Shown here: one piece after another, positions 10,741 through 21,104 of the stretch
Layout of the letters: the number at the start of each line of letters is the position of its first letter
Numbering within the stretch: the first letter of the stretch is position 1
Assembly (NCBI GenBank): GCA_963674705.1
Contig: OY771506.1
Span: 800,001-864,000, forward strand
Reading direction: 5' to 3'
DNA from: Phycisphaeraceae bacterium
GTDB taxonomy: Bacteria > Planctomycetota > Phycisphaerae > Phycisphaerales > Phycisphaeraceae
DNA: 64,000 nt
The notes under the pieces: generated by a model
The model's input: only the letters and a program-made list of their open reading frames with translations
The model's database searches: none
Told to the model about the DNA's origin: nothing
Translations under genes and position numbers: made by a program

Positions 10741-10842
10741 TGGATAACTCCTGCATGTAACGATGCGTTTGTCGTTTGAACATTAAACGAAACCGACCTC
10801 CGTAGCAGTGTTAGCTGGCTATCGGCCGATCGGCTCTTTTTT

Positions 10843-11742
10843 CTATACGACCCCGGGACGGGATGGTTCGCCAGGTTTGCGTGTTTTCGTGTCGTAGTCT
10901 TCTTTTATCTGGTATGCCCCACCGTCCTTGAGGTATTCACCCCGGGAGACGGCCTTGACCCACGCGGCGGCGGCGGCCTGGACCTGGCTGCCCAGATCGA
11001 GCACCGGCGGCGCGAACGGGGGCTGCCAGTCCGATAGCTTCAGCAAATCGTGCAGCACGATGACATGGCCGTCGCAGGCGGGCCCCGCACCACAGCCGAT
11101 GACGGGGATCGGTTCACCGTCTTCCGGATCACGTGCGATCCGCTTGACGCGTTCGGCAACCTCGTCCGGGACGGCTTCGAGCAACAGGACAGAAGCGCCG
11201 CGTGCGACCATTACCTCGGCGGTATCAACAATCAGTGCGGCCTCACGTTGGGTTCGGCCGGCGGCTTTGTACCCGCCGGTAGCCCGGACCTGTTGAGGAC
11301 GTGAGCCCAGATGCGCTACTACTGGGATACCCGCGTGGCTCATGCGCTCGATCAGACCCGCGTGTGTCTCGTCGACCTCGACCTTGACCAGGTCCGCTCC
11401 ACCATCTTTGATAAAAGCAACCGCGTTATTCATCGCCTCATCAGCTCCGCACTGGTAGCTGCCGAAGGGCATGTCCGCGACGATCAGAGCGTTGGGTGCG
11501 CCGCGACGGACGGCTCTGGTGATTTCGAGCATGAAGGGCATCGGCGCGGGGAGCGTCGAGTCATGGCCGAGGATGAACTGTGCAGCGGTGTCGCCAACGA
11601 GCATCGTTCGGATGCCGCCGCGGTAGAGCCACTTGGCCGTGGTCGCGTCGTAGCAGGTGAGCATGGCGAACGGGTCGCCAGCCTTCGCCCAACGGCGCAG
11701 GGTGCGGAGGGTAATACGCTTATCGGGGGACAACTCAGCCAT
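10843..11742 (-). CDS. panB: 3-methyl-2-oxobutanoate hydroxymethyltransferase
   Basis: MLTCYD, LVGDT, ADMPFGSY, IGCGAG..CDG motifs. Confidence 0.93.
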   Translation of the reverse strand: MAELSPDKRITLRTLRRWAKAGDPFAMLTCYDATTAKWLYRGGIRTMLVGDTAAQFILGHDSTLPAPMPFMLEITRAVRRGAPNALIVADMPFGSYQCGADEAMNNAVAFIKDGGADLVKVEVDETHAGLIERMSHAGIPVVAHLGSRPQQVRATGGYKAAGRTQREAALIVDTAEVMVARGASVLLLEAVPDEVAERVKRIARDPEDGEPIPVIGCGAGPACDGHVIVLHDLLKLSDWQPPFAPPVLDLGSQVQAAAAAWVKAVSRGEYLKDGGAYQIKEDYDTKTRKPGEPSRPGVV

Positions 11743-11796
11743 CGGAGTATTGTAGCCTGTTATGCGTGCCGGTCCTGTTAAGCCAGGTAAACAAAA

Positions 11797-12882
11797 TCAA
11801 GGCACGGTCGGGTCTGTTTCAAACGGCTCCCGAGCGGATTGGATCGCTGGCGTCGAGCTATCGGTCTTATCGACGTGAATACCCAAGGTGATCAGCACCG
11901 GCAGATGGTCAGAACCGGTTTCAGGCCCGATTGTGCGGTCAAGGCAAACCAAACCCTTGCTGGTCAGACAGTGGTCGATCGGCAGCTTCCAAGGGATGGG
12001 CAAGCCGGTCGGCCAGGTGCCCTGGTTGCCCCGGCCGTCCAGTGAGTTTCTAAGTTTGCGGTCCGCTGTCAGGATGCTGAACGCCGGAGACCAGGGTGTG
12101 GTGTTCAGGTCACCGACAATGATGTGCGGATCGGTCTGCCGGTTCGCCCAGTCTTTGGCCTGCTGTAAGATCGTGTTGCGTTGCCATGTGTAGGCAGCAT
12201 TCATTGGCGGCGGCGGGTGAATACTTAACAGCTTGATCGGTTGGCCTTCAAAAATGATCGTGGCTTCAACCGTAGGCCTGCCGAAACCATCTGCTTCGAG
12301 CAGTACGTGGGCATCTTCAATTCTGATGCGATCTGATTGGTCCAGTGATTTATTGGCAAGCAGCGCGATGCCGAACGAGTGATCGATCGGATGTGCCACG
12401 ACAACGTTGAACGGGATGTTGGACGACCGCAGCAGTTTATCCCACCAGGGATCGAGTTCCTGGATAATCATGATGTCCGCATTACAGGAACGGATGAATG
12501 CGAGCGCTTTATCTTTGTCGCGATTCTTGTGGAGGATGTTGACCTGCGCCAGATTCAACGGTGTATATGCCGGTTTATACATATTGGGAACATTGAATGG
12601 AAGTGCGGGAAAAATGGTGTAAACGTGCAGCGAGAGCAGCACGAGCATCACCAGCGCAACGCCCCGCCGGCGCAGGATCAGTGCCAGTGCGAGCACACAC
12701 GCGCAGCCCACGACGTAATACACCGCAAAATGGTTGAACAGATCGGCTACCCACCAGAATCGCCCGAGCAGGCTGATCGCGGTGGCGATTAAAAGCGCGA
12801 ACATTGCAAGCATGGTCAGCCGTGAGATCAGGCCGGGCTTTTTCTGGGATTTGGGCTGCACTTCTTGTGTTTGATCGGTCAT
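11797..12882 (-). CDS. Membrane-anchored endonuclease/exonuclease/phosphatase (EEP) family protein
   Basis: Three TM helices; QE, GDLNTTPWS, PIDH, GSDHLP. Confidence 0.88.
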   Translation of the reverse strand: MTDQTQEVQPKSQKKPGLISRLTMLAMFALLIATAISLLGRFWWVADLFNHFAVYYVVGCACVLALALILRRRGVALVMLVLLSLHVYTIFPALPFNVPNMYKPAYTPLNLAQVNILHKNRDKDKALAFIRSCNADIMIIQELDPWWDKLLRSSNIPFNVVVAHPIDHSFGIALLANKSLDQSDRIRIEDAHVLLEADGFGRPTVEATIIFEGQPIKLLSIHPPPPMNAAYTWQRNTILQQAKDWANRQTDPHIIVGDLNTTPWSPAFSILTADRKLRNSLDGRGNQGTWPTGLPIPWKLPIDHCLTSKGLVCLDRTIGPETGSDHLPVLITLGIHVDKTDSSTPAIQSAREPFETDPTVP

Positions 12883-12937
12883 ACGGTCCCCGTTATAGCA
12901 AAGCCTGCACAAGCTGACTCATTAGGATAACCATCGG

Positions 12938-14011
12938 CTATTCAGGTTGCGCTTTCGTGAATTGATCTTGAGATGGTTGGTTACCGAAAGTTCTCTGGAC
13001 CGCTTGTGGGTCCAGCGCCAAGGTCACGCACAGAGGCAGGTGGTCTGAGCCGACGTATGGACCGACCGCACGTTCGAGGCAGTACATGTCCGTGCTGTGC
13101 AGGCAGTGGTCGATCGGCACGAGTAAGGGCAATGGGAAGTCGGCGCGTACGGTGCCCTGGTTGCCCCGGCCGTCCAACGTGCTGATCATCTGGCCGTCGG
13201 CGTCCATGATGGAAAAGGCGTAGGACCAGGGCGTCGTGTTGAAGTCGCCGATGATGATGTGCGGTGTCGTTTGTTTGTTCGCCCAGTTTTTAGCGGCACG
13301 TAACATGCGGTCCCGGGTGTTCGTCAGTTCGTTGCTGAACGGATGTGCGGGATGGATGCTTAAGACCGTGACCTCTTGGCCATTGACCGTGAAGACGGCT
13401 TCGATCGCAGGGCGGTCGATTTCTTGGGGCGCGACATCGAGGATGTGTGAAGTAACTAATCGCACTTCGTGCTCGGCGATGCGCATATCATCATCTCGCA
13501 TGAGCATCATGATGCCGAAACGTCCGTCACCTGTCTGCGATACAGTTTCGTGATACGGGATATCCGCTGCGCGCAGAGTATCCACCCACCAAGGCGACGC
13601 CTCCTGGATGAATACGGCATCGGCGTCGCAGTTGTTCAAAAAGGCAACGACACTCGGTTCATCACGATTGGGACGCAGGACGTTAAGGTGGGCAAGGCGC
13701 AATTGATATTGCGTATCAATCGAAGGCTGCGGCGGGGGCGATGCAATTAATTGCGGGTAGATCAGGAACAGATAGAAAACCGTTGCGGCCACGGCCACTA
13801 GCGCGAAGCCCCATCGCCTGAAAACCACGCAAATACACGTCAAAACCGCTGCAAAACACGCCAGGTACACCGCAAGGTGATTGGGCAGGTCCGCCGGCCA
13901 CCAGTATCGCCCGAACCGGCCCAGGACCGTGACCGCCAACAGGCCGAGTACGGCGACGGTTAGCAGTTTGGTGAGTCTTTTCGATGGTTTTCGGCCCGCG
14001 GAATCGCTCAA
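12938..14011 (-). CDS. Membrane-anchored EEP family protein (tandem paralog)
   Basis: QE, GDFNTTPWS, PIDH, GSDHLP. Confidence 0.88.
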   Translation of the reverse strand: MSDSAGRKPSKRLTKLLTVAVLGLLAVTVLGRFGRYWWPADLPNHLAVYLACFAAVLTCICVVFRRWGFALVAVAATVFYLFLIYPQLIASPPPQPSIDTQYQLRLAHLNVLRPNRDEPSVVAFLNNCDADAVFIQEASPWWVDTLRAADIPYHETVSQTGDGRFGIMMLMRDDDMRIAEHEVRLVTSHILDVAPQEIDRPAIEAVFTVNGQEVTVLSIHPAHPFSNELTNTRDRMLRAAKNWANKQTTPHIIIGDFNTTPWSYAFSIMDADGQMISTLDGRGNQGTVRADFPLPLLVPIDHCLHSTDMYCLERAVGPYVGSDHLPLCVTLALDPQAVQRTFGNQPSQDQFTKAQPE

Positions 14012-14040
14012 GTGGCACCTCTCTGGTATAAATCCCGCCT

Positions 14041-14589
14041 ATGTCTACGAACGTCTGTGTTTATTGTTCATCAAGTGACGCGATCGACCGCAGGTTTTTT
14101 GACGTCGCACGAGAGTTGGGAACCGCGCTGGGCAAGCGCGGTGATACGCTGGTCTATGGCGGAGGCAGCGTCGGGCTGATGGGTGAGGTCGCCCGATCCT
14201 GCCACGAGCACGGCGGGAAAGTCCTTGGCGTAATCCCCGAATCGCTGAAGACCGAGGAGATCGCTTATCACCAGGCGGACGAGTTGATCGTCACCGAAAC
14301 GATGAGCGAGCGCAAGACAATCATGTTCACGAAAGGCGAAGCGTTCATCATCCTGCCCGGCGGATTCGGCACGCTGGAAGAGCTGGCGGAAGTGATCGTG
14401 TTAAAGATCCTCAAGTACCAGGACCGACCGATCGTAATCCTTAATTGCCTGGGCTTCTACGATCCGCTGATCACGCTATTCGATCACTTCATCAAAGAGA
14501 ACTTCGCCAAGCCGAAGCATCGCAAGCTGTATCGCATCGTTGATACGGTTGAAGAAGCGGTCGCTGCACTGGAAGGCGCAGCATCGTAG
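14041..14589 (+). CDS. LOG-family (TIGR00730-type) nucleotide phosphoribohydrolase
   Basis: VYGGGSVGLMG, ERK, LPGGFGTLEE. Confidence 0.92.
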   Translation: MSTNVCVYCSSSDAIDRRFFDVARELGTALGKRGDTLVYGGGSVGLMGEVARSCHEHGGKVLGVIPESLKTEEIAYHQADELIVTETMSERKTIMFTKGEAFIILPGGFGTLEELAEVIVLKILKYQDRPIVILNCLGFYDPLITLFDHFIKENFAKPKHRKLYRIVDTVEEAVAALEGAAS

Positions 14590-14735
14590 AAACATCTCGC
14601 CTAAAAGATTTACAAATCTTAAGTCATTCGTGTTCTGAAATGTGTATAAACATGGTGCTGAAGTAAATTTGCCCCTTGATTTCAGGCATTTATCCGTGAA
14701 ACTGCACTTTCTTCATCGAAGTTGAGTGAAAGTGC

Positions 14736-14765
14736 TTGCTTTTTATGACAATCAATCGCTACACT
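14736..14765 (+). promoter_or_regulatory. Putative sigma-70 promoter
   Basis: TTGCTT-18 nt-TACACT. Confidence 0.4.
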
Positions 14766-14981
14766 GCCACGCAGTCAAGCGAATCACATCTGCTTGCAAC
14801 CATCAAACACAAATAACAACTATCCCAAGGCGCACCAGGGCGGGGCGCCGGGGATATTAGGTTTTATAAATAACGACAAACCACTCGAATTATGGCGTGG
14901 CGCCACGTTCGGTTTCGAGAGCACTTGACAACAAATAAGACCAACAAGTATGACTATGTCTCGCACCCGTGAGATGGAGCC

Positions 14982-15329
14982 ATGTGGAAGACGCTTACAA
15001 CTCGTTACTTCATCCCACCGATTGGCTCGTCGCCGATTGGAACGGGTGTACTCATGGCGGTTGTATTAGCACTGCCGAGTCTGTGCTATCCCATTTGCGG
15101 CCAAATCTTTTTTATAAATAGTTATAGACGTGATGAACCCTTCTATCATTGGGTAGATGGCTCAGCCGCCGTAGCAGGCATGTTCTTTTACATCTTCGTC
15201 GGATTAACATTTCACTTCACCTACTACTGGAGTGAAAAACCTGCGCTTGAAAAGTACAGTGCAATCCTGGCGAACATATCCACGATCGCATGGCTGTCTT
15301 TAGCGATTCTATACGGAGTATTCCTGTGA
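14982..15329 (+). CDS. Small low-GC hypothetical membrane protein
   Basis: GGAG RBS; three hydrophobic segments; AT-richer than its neighbours. Confidence 0.6.
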   Translation: MWKTLTTRYFIPPIGSSPIGTGVLMAVVLALPSLCYPICGQIFFINSYRRDEPFYHWVDGSAAVAGMFFYIFVGLTFHFTYYWSEKPALEKYSAILANISTIAWLSLAILYGVFL

Positions 15330-15389
15330 TAAAGAACGAGGCGATCATCCCAGTTTTGATACGGGTAAATGTACTCTACCTATTACCAA

Positions 15390-17219
15390 CTACGCTTCGC
15401 TGGCGTGGATGAATTGGCGGTAGAGGTTGGCATACGTACCGCGTTTGGAAAGCAGTTCGGCGTGTGTGCCGCGTTCGATGATTTCACCCTGATCCAAAAC
15501 GAGCACGATATCGGCGTGGCGCACGGTACTAAGACGGTGTGCGACGACGAAACTGGTTCGGCCGCGCAACAACGTCGAAAGCGCCTGCTGGATGCGCGCC
15601 TCGGTCATGGTGTCGACGCTGGAGGTTGCTTCATCGAGGATGAGGATACGTGGATCGGCGAGCATGGCGCGCGTAAAACAAACGAGCTGGCGCTGGCCCA
15701 GCGACAGGTTGCCGCCGCGCTCACCGACCTCGGTCAACAGGCCATGCGGCATCGACTCGAATAAATCAAGACAATCCAGACGACGCGCCGCGTCGATCAC
15801 TTCCTCATCACTGGCATCCCCCCGGCCGATCCGGATATTGTCCATCACGGTGCCGGTGAACAAAAAGTTCTGTTGAAGCACGATGCCCAGTTGTTCTGTC
15901 AACGCACGCGCTTTGATCTTGCGGATCTCGGTCCCGTCGATGAGCAGCTCGCCGGCGGTCGGCAGGTAAAACTTGGCAATCAGGTTCGTGATGGTGCTCT
16001 TGCCGCTTCCGGTATGCCCCACCAGCGCGACGGTCTGCCCCGGTTCGACCGAGAAGCTGATGCCGTGCAGCACGGGTGTACCCTTGATGTACTCAAATCC
16101 GACTTCCCGGAACTCGACACGCCCCTCAATCTGCGGCGGATCGACCGCGTCGTCGTCATCCAGACGCTCGGGCTCTGAATCCAATAACGCAAACACGCGC
16201 TCCGCGCCCGCCATCGCTGTCAACGCCATGTTGTATTGTCGGCCCACCATCGTGATCGGGCCGAAGAAACTGGGCACCATGAAGAAGAAGACCCACATCG
16301 CATCGAACTGCTCTTTCGCCGTGCCCCCACCGATGTCAGGATTAACAAGCACCAGGTAACCACCCAGCACAAGCAGAACGCTGATAAACAATTGGTTGTT
16401 CAGCTCGATCAAAGGCAGAAACACACCGACCAGCCGATCCGCCCGCATGTTGTAACCCGCGTGGTCGGAGACCAAATCGCGAAAGAGTTCCGCGTTGACA
16501 TCCTCGCGCACAAACCCCTGTGTAACGCGGATACCTGTTACCGACTCGGCGAGCGTCGCGGTAACCCGGCTGAAACTTTCCTGCACGTTGCGCCAGGCGG
16601 TGCTCAGATGATGTCTGTAATAGTTGCTGATCAACAAGAGCACCGGCGCCATCACCAGCACCACCAGGAACAAGACCCAGTCGTAGTAAAGCATGATCAC
16701 CGCGGCGAAGAACATCTGCCCGCATTGAACGATCGAAACGAACAACACATCCTGCACACCTGCGCGGATCGCTTCGGAGTCGCTGGTCATTCGGCTGATG
16801 ATCCGCCCGAGCTTAGTCCGGTTGTAAAACCGCATCGGCATCTGCTGCAAGTGCTCGAAGATCCGGTTGCGCAGCTCGAAGATCACCACCTCGCCGATCT
16901 CAAGCCCGTAACGCATCCGGAAGTGGAACGTCAGCGATGTTAATGCCGCCAGCAGCACAAACCCGATCGCGTACACCCAGGTGCCTTTGTAGTCTCCGGC
17001 CGTGATCGGCCCGTTAATCGCCGCCGCAATCAGCAGGCCAAGCACGGGTAACTGCATCGCACGGAAAATACAAAGGAACAGCAGCATATTCCGCTTCCGC
17101 TTGTGCGGCGCCATCAAACTCATCACGCGCCGGATCAACGCCATATCCAGCGGGCGTTTGTGCGCCTCCTGGTCTTTGACGACGTGTGTCAGCATCTTTA
17201 TCTGCTTGGTGTCGCTCAT
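15390..17219 (-). CDS. ABC exporter, fused permease/ATPase (half of a heterodimer)
   Basis: TM domain plus GHTGSGKST, LSLGQRQ, LDEAT. Confidence 0.93.
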   Translation of the reverse strand: MSDTKQIKMLTHVVKDQEAHKRPLDMALIRRVMSLMAPHKRKRNMLLFLCIFRAMQLPVLGLLIAAAINGPITAGDYKGTWVYAIGFVLLAALTSLTFHFRMRYGLEIGEVVIFELRNRIFEHLQQMPMRFYNRTKLGRIISRMTSDSEAIRAGVQDVLFVSIVQCGQMFFAAVIMLYYDWVLFLVVLVMAPVLLLISNYYRHHLSTAWRNVQESFSRVTATLAESVTGIRVTQGFVREDVNAELFRDLVSDHAGYNMRADRLVGVFLPLIELNNQLFISVLLVLGGYLVLVNPDIGGGTAKEQFDAMWVFFFMVPSFFGPITMVGRQYNMALTAMAGAERVFALLDSEPERLDDDDAVDPPQIEGRVEFREVGFEYIKGTPVLHGISFSVEPGQTVALVGHTGSGKSTITNLIAKFYLPTAGELLIDGTEIRKIKARALTEQLGIVLQQNFLFTGTVMDNIRIGRGDASDEEVIDAARRLDCLDLFESMPHGLLTEVGERGGNLSLGQRQLVCFTRAMLADPRILILDEATSSVDTMTEARIQQALSTLLRGRTSFVVAHRLSTVRHADIVLVLDQGEIIERGTHAELLSKRGTYANLYRQFIHASEA

Positions 17220-19123
17220 ATCCCGTCCCCCTCACCGCTGGCCATCCCCAGCAAGCGTTTGCTTTCGTGGTCCGCGATCTGAAGTGTCGCCGCGTGGCGG
17301 TAATGTCCCTGCGAACCCATCAGTTCCGCGTGTGTCCCGGTCTGCACGATCCTGCCCTTGTCCATCACGATGACCTTGTCCGCACGTCGCAGGGTGCTCA
17401 AGCGGTGGGCGACAACAAACGTAGTTCGGCCGCGCATCGCGTTGTTCATCGCTTCCAGGATCTCGTGCTCGGTCTGTGGATCGATCGCCGCGGTCGGGTC
17501 GTCCAGCAACAGGATCGAAGGCTCGAGCAGGATCGCACGTGCGATCGCCAGACGCTGACGCTGCCCGCCCGACAGATTTGATCCGCCCTCGCCGAGGATC
17601 GTGTCGTATCCTTTTTCCAAATCCATGATGAAGCCGTGCGCGGATGCGATCTTTGCCGCCTTCTCGATCTGCTCTTTCGTCGCCTCGGGGTGCCCGAACG
17701 CGATGTTCGCGGCAACCGTGTTGCTGAACAGGAAGCTCTCCTGGAAGACCAGCCCGATGTTGCGGCGGAGGTCCGCCAGGTCGTATCCACGGATGTCCCG
17801 ACCGTCGATCAACACACGCCCCTGCTGCGGGTCGTAAAAACGCGGGATCATGCTCAAGAGCGAACTCTTGCCCGCACCGGTCGCGCCCAGAATCGCGATC
17901 GTCTGGCCCGGCTCGGCGACAATACTTACCTGTGAAAGCGCCGGCTCGCCGGGCTGATACCCGAAGGTCACGCATTCCAATTCCACGCGACCCTCCGCCC
18001 GCGCCAGCGGGACCGCGTTCGGCGGGCTCGTCACAGTCGACGGCGTATCCAACACCTCAAACACACGCTGCGCACCGGTCAGGCTTTGCTGGATGCTGTT
18101 CGCGATCACCGCGATGCTGCCGACCTGGCTGGAAAACTGCTGCAACAAGCCCGCGAAGACGAAGAATCCGCTACCGATTCGGAACGTCGGGTCCGTCATG
18201 AACAGATGCCCGCCGTACACCATCAGCACCACGAGATTGAGCTGCGGCAGGAAACCGATCAGGGGTACGAACGTCGTGACCCGCCAGAATATCCACTGCT
18301 TCTGATCGCGCACCGCGGCGTTTGCTTGCGTGAACTTTTCGATCTCCTGTGGCTGCCGCGAGAAACCTTTGACCACGTGCACGCCCTGCACGTTCTCTGA
18401 TAACCGCAATACAGCCGTGTCGAACAGCTCACGGTTCCTCCGCCACGCCGGTTTCACCTGTCGCGAGAACATCACCGTCAGCAACCACAAAAACGGCGTC
18501 GTCGCCAGACACCAGATCGTCAGCCAGAAGTGGATGCTCAGCATGTACCCGACGAAGAACACCAGCGAGATCAGGAGCATCAGCACCTCGATCAGCACGC
18601 CGTCGATAAACATGCGCACCGCCTGCACGTCGCTGGTCACACGATTAATGATCGAGCCCGACGCGTTGGCATCGAAGAAGCTGAAGCTCAACCGCTGCAT
18701 CTTGTCGTAAACCTTCGCACGCAGGTCCACGATGATCCGCAGCACGAGGATCGCCTTGGCGATGCGCGAGGTCTTGTCCAGGTAGAAACGTATCGCCGCG
18801 ACCCCCAGCACCGCGGCCGCGACGACGCATACGGTCTTCATCGCCGACCAGTCACCCGGCGGGACGAGTCCGAAGGGGAACGCGGGGTCCGCCGCGTTCT
18901 CATCCAGCCCCTTGCGGATAACGTCGATGCCCAGACCCGTCAGCCCAAGCCCGGACAGCGCAAAGGCCAGCAGCACACACTGCAACCCGATCACGCCCAG
19001 GGCCGGGAGCTTGTAGTTCCAACCGAGCTTGAGCAGGCGCATGACAATACGGGCGTTGGAGGAGCTATCCTCATACATACGCCCGTCGCCTGATGTCTGA
19101 TTTGAGTTCGCTGGACCTGTCAC
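17216..19123 (-). CDS. ABC exporter, fused permease/ATPase (degenerate-site partner)
   Basis: GATGAGKS, LSGGQRQR, LLDDP (Asp in place of the catalytic Glu); ATGA overlap with the next gene; start uncertain. Confidence 0.92.
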   Translation of the reverse strand: MTGPANSNQTSGDGRMYEDSSSNARIVMRLLKLGWNYKLPALGVIGLQCVLLAFALSGLGLTGLGIDVIRKGLDENAADPAFPFGLVPPGDWSAMKTVCVVAAAVLGVAAIRFYLDKTSRIAKAILVLRIIVDLRAKVYDKMQRLSFSFFDANASGSIINRVTSDVQAVRMFIDGVLIEVLMLLISLVFFVGYMLSIHFWLTIWCLATTPFLWLLTVMFSRQVKPAWRRNRELFDTAVLRLSENVQGVHVVKGFSRQPQEIEKFTQANAAVRDQKQWIFWRVTTFVPLIGFLPQLNLVVLMVYGGHLFMTDPTFRIGSGFFVFAGLLQQFSSQVGSIAVIANSIQQSLTGAQRVFEVLDTPSTVTSPPNAVPLARAEGRVELECVTFGYQPGEPALSQVSIVAEPGQTIAILGATGAGKSSLLSMIPRFYDPQQGRVLIDGRDIRGYDLADLRRNIGLVFQESFLFSNTVAANIAFGHPEATKEQIEKAAKIASAHGFIMDLEKGYDTILGEGGSNLSGGQRQRLAIARAILLEPSILLLDDPTAAIDPQTEHEILEAMNNAMRGRTTFVVAHRLSTLRRADKVIVMDKGRIVQTGTHAELMGSQGHYRHAATLQIADHESKRLLGMASGEGDGI

Positions 19124-19394
19124 AACCCCACAACCACTTCCCAGCCCGTCAATCCATGACGAACTAAGTAACGACCATAGACTCGCCCGGCGAAGGTATC
19201 AAGCGGGTTGGGGCGATGTAACATAAAAAAAGTGTTTGAAACGCGCTTTTCCGGCAGACCAATTGGTGTGGATTCGTCCCGAATAAGGGGCCAGTTGACC
19301 ACGTACCCGACAGCGGCTAGGTTTGCGCCTCTCGACGCGGCTGCGATGTCGCGGGACCCGCTTTTCACCCTGCCTTAACCAAGGACAGAACGAG

Positions 19395-20558
19395 ATGACA
19401 GCCCCTACCCAGCGTTTGCTGACCCCAGGCCCCACAGCCGTGCCCCCGCGCGTGCTCGAAGCCATGGCTCAGCCGATCATCCACCACCGCACCAAGCAGT
19501 TCCAAGGCATCTTCAAAGAGGTCTCCGAGGGCTTACAGAAGCTCTTCAAGACCTCGGGCCCCGTCCTGTCGATCGCTGGTTCGGGCACCACGGCGTTTGA
19601 AGCCTCGCAGATCAGCCTCGCCAAGCCGGGCTCTAAGGCCATCACCGTCTCCGGCGGCAAGTTCGGTGAGCGTTGGCAGGATATCTACGATGTCTACGGC
19701 AAAACCCTCGGCATCGAGCAGATCAAGATTGACACCGCCTGGGGCGATCCCGTCCCGGTCGACCAGATCGAGCAGACTCTTAAGGACAACCCGGACGTCA
19801 GCGTGGTGACCGTCGTCTGGTCGGAAACCTCCACCGCGACAGCATCGGATATCAAGACCCTCGCTGCGCTGACGCAGAAGACCGACGCCCTGCTGCTGGT
19901 CGACGGGATCACGGCCGTGGGCGCTCTGGAATGCGAGATGGACGCTTGGGGGATCGACGCATTAGTGACCGGTTCGCAAAAAGCGATGATGCTCCCGCCG
20001 GGCCTGGGTTATGTCGGGCTGGGCGAGCGGGCGATGAAGCGCCTGGAAGAGGTCCCGGCCGGTGCGTACTACAACCTCGACCTGCGCAAGTGGGTCAAGA
20101 GCTGGCAGAAGAACGATGTGCCATTTACCCCGCCGGTCTCGTTGATCGTCGGCCAGAAGGTGGCGCTGGACATCATCTTCGAGAACACGATCGAAGGCAC
20201 GATCAAGCGCACCAGCAAGCTGGCTAAGGCCACGCGTGCGGCACTGACAGCGATCGGCTTGAAACTGATCAGTTCAAGCCCCAGCGATTCGGTGACCGGC
20301 CTGTACTATCCCGACGGCGTGGATGACTCGAAGTTCCGCGGCGCACTACGTGACAACCACGGCATCCACATCGCCGGCGGGCAAGACGGGCGCGGCGCAA
20401 AATGGAAGGGTAAGATTTTCCGCCTCAGCCACATGGGCTACGTCGACCACGAAGACACCCGCGCGGCGCTGGCGGCGATCGAAGTCGAACTGAACGCACA
20501 GGGCTTCAGCGTCCAAAGCGGCGCAGCGGTCGATGCGTTTAATAAGGTGTGGGGATAA
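19395..20558 (+). CDS. Class V PLP aminotransferase (serine-pyruvate/alanine-glyoxylate type)
   Basis: LTPGPT, SETST, VDGIT, TGSQKAMMLPPG, FRLSHMG. Confidence 0.92.
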   Translation: MTAPTQRLLTPGPTAVPPRVLEAMAQPIIHHRTKQFQGIFKEVSEGLQKLFKTSGPVLSIAGSGTTAFEASQISLAKPGSKAITVSGGKFGERWQDIYDVYGKTLGIEQIKIDTAWGDPVPVDQIEQTLKDNPDVSVVTVVWSETSTATASDIKTLAALTQKTDALLLVDGITAVGALECEMDAWGIDALVTGSQKAMMLPPGLGYVGLGERAMKRLEEVPAGAYYNLDLRKWVKSWQKNDVPFTPPVSLIVGQKVALDIIFENTIEGTIKRTSKLAKATRAALTAIGLKLISSSPSDSVTGLYYPDGVDDSKFRGALRDNHGIHIAGGQDGRGAKWKGKIFRLSHMGYVDHEDTRAALAAIEVELNAQGFSVQSGAAVDAFNKVWG

Positions 20559-20583
20559 ATATCAGAAATACCATCGCATTGAT

Positions 20584-20618
20584 GCGGCCCTTCACTGATC
20601 AAGTGGAGGGCCGCTTTT
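20584..20618 (+). terminator. Rho-independent terminator
   Basis: GCGGCCCTTCACT-loop-AGTGGAGGGCCGC followed by TTTT, just after the aminotransferase stop. Confidence 0.8.
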
Positions 20619-20630
20619 ATTTGATAGGTC

Positions 20631-21038
20631 TCAATTGTATATGCGACTAAGACCGTCCAGACCGGAAGATAGTATGTAAATGGAGAGATATGCCGAGGTC
20701 AACAGGATCAGTGACGTAATCAGAATGACGTAGATGACGGAGAATCTATTCAATTCGCGACGATCAGAGACAACGTTTTTGCGCCAGAGACTGATTGAGC
20801 GAGCGATGCCCATACCGCTCAATATGAGTGACATACCCCAAGCCACCGCCGCAGGAATAATCCCAAGCACGAGAACAGGGCCAAAAAGTATGTCGTCTTT
20901 GTGATCATCTAGAAGCCACATCCAACCAATAGGAACCGCAAAAAGGATGAGTGCGATCGTAGACAATATCCAGGGGGCGCGGGGAGTCTTGATGCTTTGT
21001 GTGGTCGCTCGAATTCTCTGCTGCTTTTGGAACATCAT
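20631..21038 (-). CDS. Small low-GC hypothetical membrane protein
   Basis: Three hydrophobic segments; start uncertain (21038 or 21071). Confidence 0.6.
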   Translation of the reverse strand: MMFQKQQRIRATTQSIKTPRAPWILSTIALILFAVPIGWMWLLDDHKDDILFGPVLVLGIIPAAVAWGMSLILSGMGIARSISLWRKNVVSDRRELNRFSVIYVILITSLILLTSAYLSIYILSSGLDGLSRIYN

Positions 21039-21104
21039 TAATCGTCTACACAGATGGTGGCCGCACAGCACAAGGGTACTGCATCACAACCCATGTGGAC
21101 TATC

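Noticed and set aside
19124..19394. Riboswitch upstream of the aminotransferase
   Set aside because: No recognisable glycine or other riboswitch consensus by eye; an Rfam scan would be needed
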